DNA of 25,963 nucleotides from a virus: UHGV virus genome UHGV-1408657; one strand, 5' to 3'. Shown piece by piece: positions 25,261 to 25,963 of this stretch (position 1 is its first letter; each line of letters starts with the position of its first letter). The notes under the pieces were generated by a model. It saw only the letters and a program-made list of their open reading frames with translations, ran no database searches and was not told where the DNA came from. The position numbers and the translations under genes were made by a program.

Positions 25261-25500
25261 ATGAAAAATATAATTATTCCAGTTATTGTTTGCCTGGTGC
25301 TTTCAGCCTGTTCAGGACCTGTTCTGGAGAAACAGAAACCGGTTTGTCAGGCTGAGTTAATGTCAGGTGGGTTGACCCAGTCAGTACAGGTCTACGGTGT
25401 GCGAAAAGTTGCTAATCAGACTGAGTACAGAGCCGGTTATCCCTTTACCTGGCGATGGGTGAATAAAAGTAACTTCACCAGTTCGAATTGCCCTCAATGA
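25261..25500 (+). CDS. small lipoprotein at J-stf junction (candidate Cor-like superinfection-exclusion protein)
   Basis: 79 aa; MKNIIIPVIVCLVLSACSG is a lipoprotein signal peptide with lipobox LSAC; sits where cor/lom-type lysogenic-conversion genes sit in lambdoid phages; own AT-rich promoter region and terminator. Confidence 0.6.
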   Translation: MKNIIIPVIVCLVLSACSGPVLEKQKPVCQAELMSGGLTQSVQVYGVRKVANQTEYRAGYPFTWRWVNKSNFTSSNCPQ

Positions 25501-25512
25501 AATACAAAAAAT

Positions 25513-25535
25513 AACCCGCTTCGGCGGGTTTTTTA
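25513..25535 (+). terminator. strong intrinsic terminator
   Basis: ACCCGC-TTCG-GCGGGT followed by TTTTTT; identical 24-mer to 18407-18430. Confidence 0.7.
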
Positions 25536-25559
25536 TTATCTGAATTCAGGAGACATCCA

Positions 25560-25963
25560 TGTCAGCAGGAACATTAACCTTGACGAATAACTCTGCTGCG
25601 GTCGCTGGCAACGGGACCGCGTTTACCACCGAGGTGGCGGCCGGAGATTTTATTGTTGTCACTATCGGCGGCGTTCCCTATACGCTCCCGATTAAATCAG
25701 TGGAAAGCGGTACAGCGTTGACGCTGGTAAGCAATTTTACCGGGCCAACACAATCTGGCGCGGCCTGGTCTGTAGTACCCCGTGTGGCGCTGAATATGGT
25801 TACCGCGGCGCTGGTGGCACAAAGTGCGGAAGCCCTGCGAGGCTTGAACTACGACAAACAGAACTGGCAACTGATATTCAGCAGTAGCGGAGATGTCACG
25901 GTTAAATTGCCTGATGGCACTTCATTCACCGGACCAGCATGGGGTGGGATTACAGATACGCTA
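25560..25963 (+). CDS. stf: side tail fibre protein, N-terminal part (truncated by window end)
   Basis: RBS CAGGAGA; N-terminus MSAGTLTLTNNSAAVAGNGTAFTTEVAAGDFIVVTIGGVPYTLPIKSVESGT matches the conserved N-terminal pattern of lambdoid side tail fibre proteins as I recall it; open to the window end. Confidence 0.8.

Noticed and set aside
1-25963. tRNA genes, integrase, attachment sites, IS elements
   Set aside because: No cloverleaf-compatible segments, no recombinase-like ORF and no terminal inverted repeats with transposase were seen; the window appears to be entirely phage late region plus cargo.

Overview
The window reads as about 26 kb of the late (lysis, packaging, head, tail) region of a lambdoid siphovirus prophage, probably in an enterobacterial host. 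Nearly all genes are on the + strand in canonical order: holin, SAR endolysin, Rz with embedded Rz1, small and large terminase, portal, head-morphogenesis protein, scaffold, major capsid, four head-tail joining proteins, major tail protein with an Ig-like C-terminus, G/G-T chaperone with a -1 frameshift, tape measure, lambda-like M-L-K-I-J tail tip, and the start of a side tail fibre gene. Three visibly AT-richer cargo islands interrupt this backbone at classic moron positions: (1) between the lysis cassette and terS (1393-2660), with four small genes on both strands including a KTSC-domain protein and a 144-aa minus-strand protein; (2) between the tape measure and gpM (16493-18440), with a TMP-coupled 74-aa protein, a lipoprotein, a repeat-dense 400-bp region and a Doc-family toxin with a non-Phd-like upstream partner; (3) downstream of J (24164-25550), with two J-coupled proteins of unknown function and a small lipoprotein. 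Island 2 is the strongest candidate for an undescribed accessory or defence module; islands 1 and 3 come next. All functional calls rest on reading motifs and gene order by eye; no database search was possible, and ORF-track starts that are TTG/GTG were re-examined and adjusted where an ATG with a Shine-Dalgarno was evident. No tRNA, CRISPR array, integrase or att site was seen.
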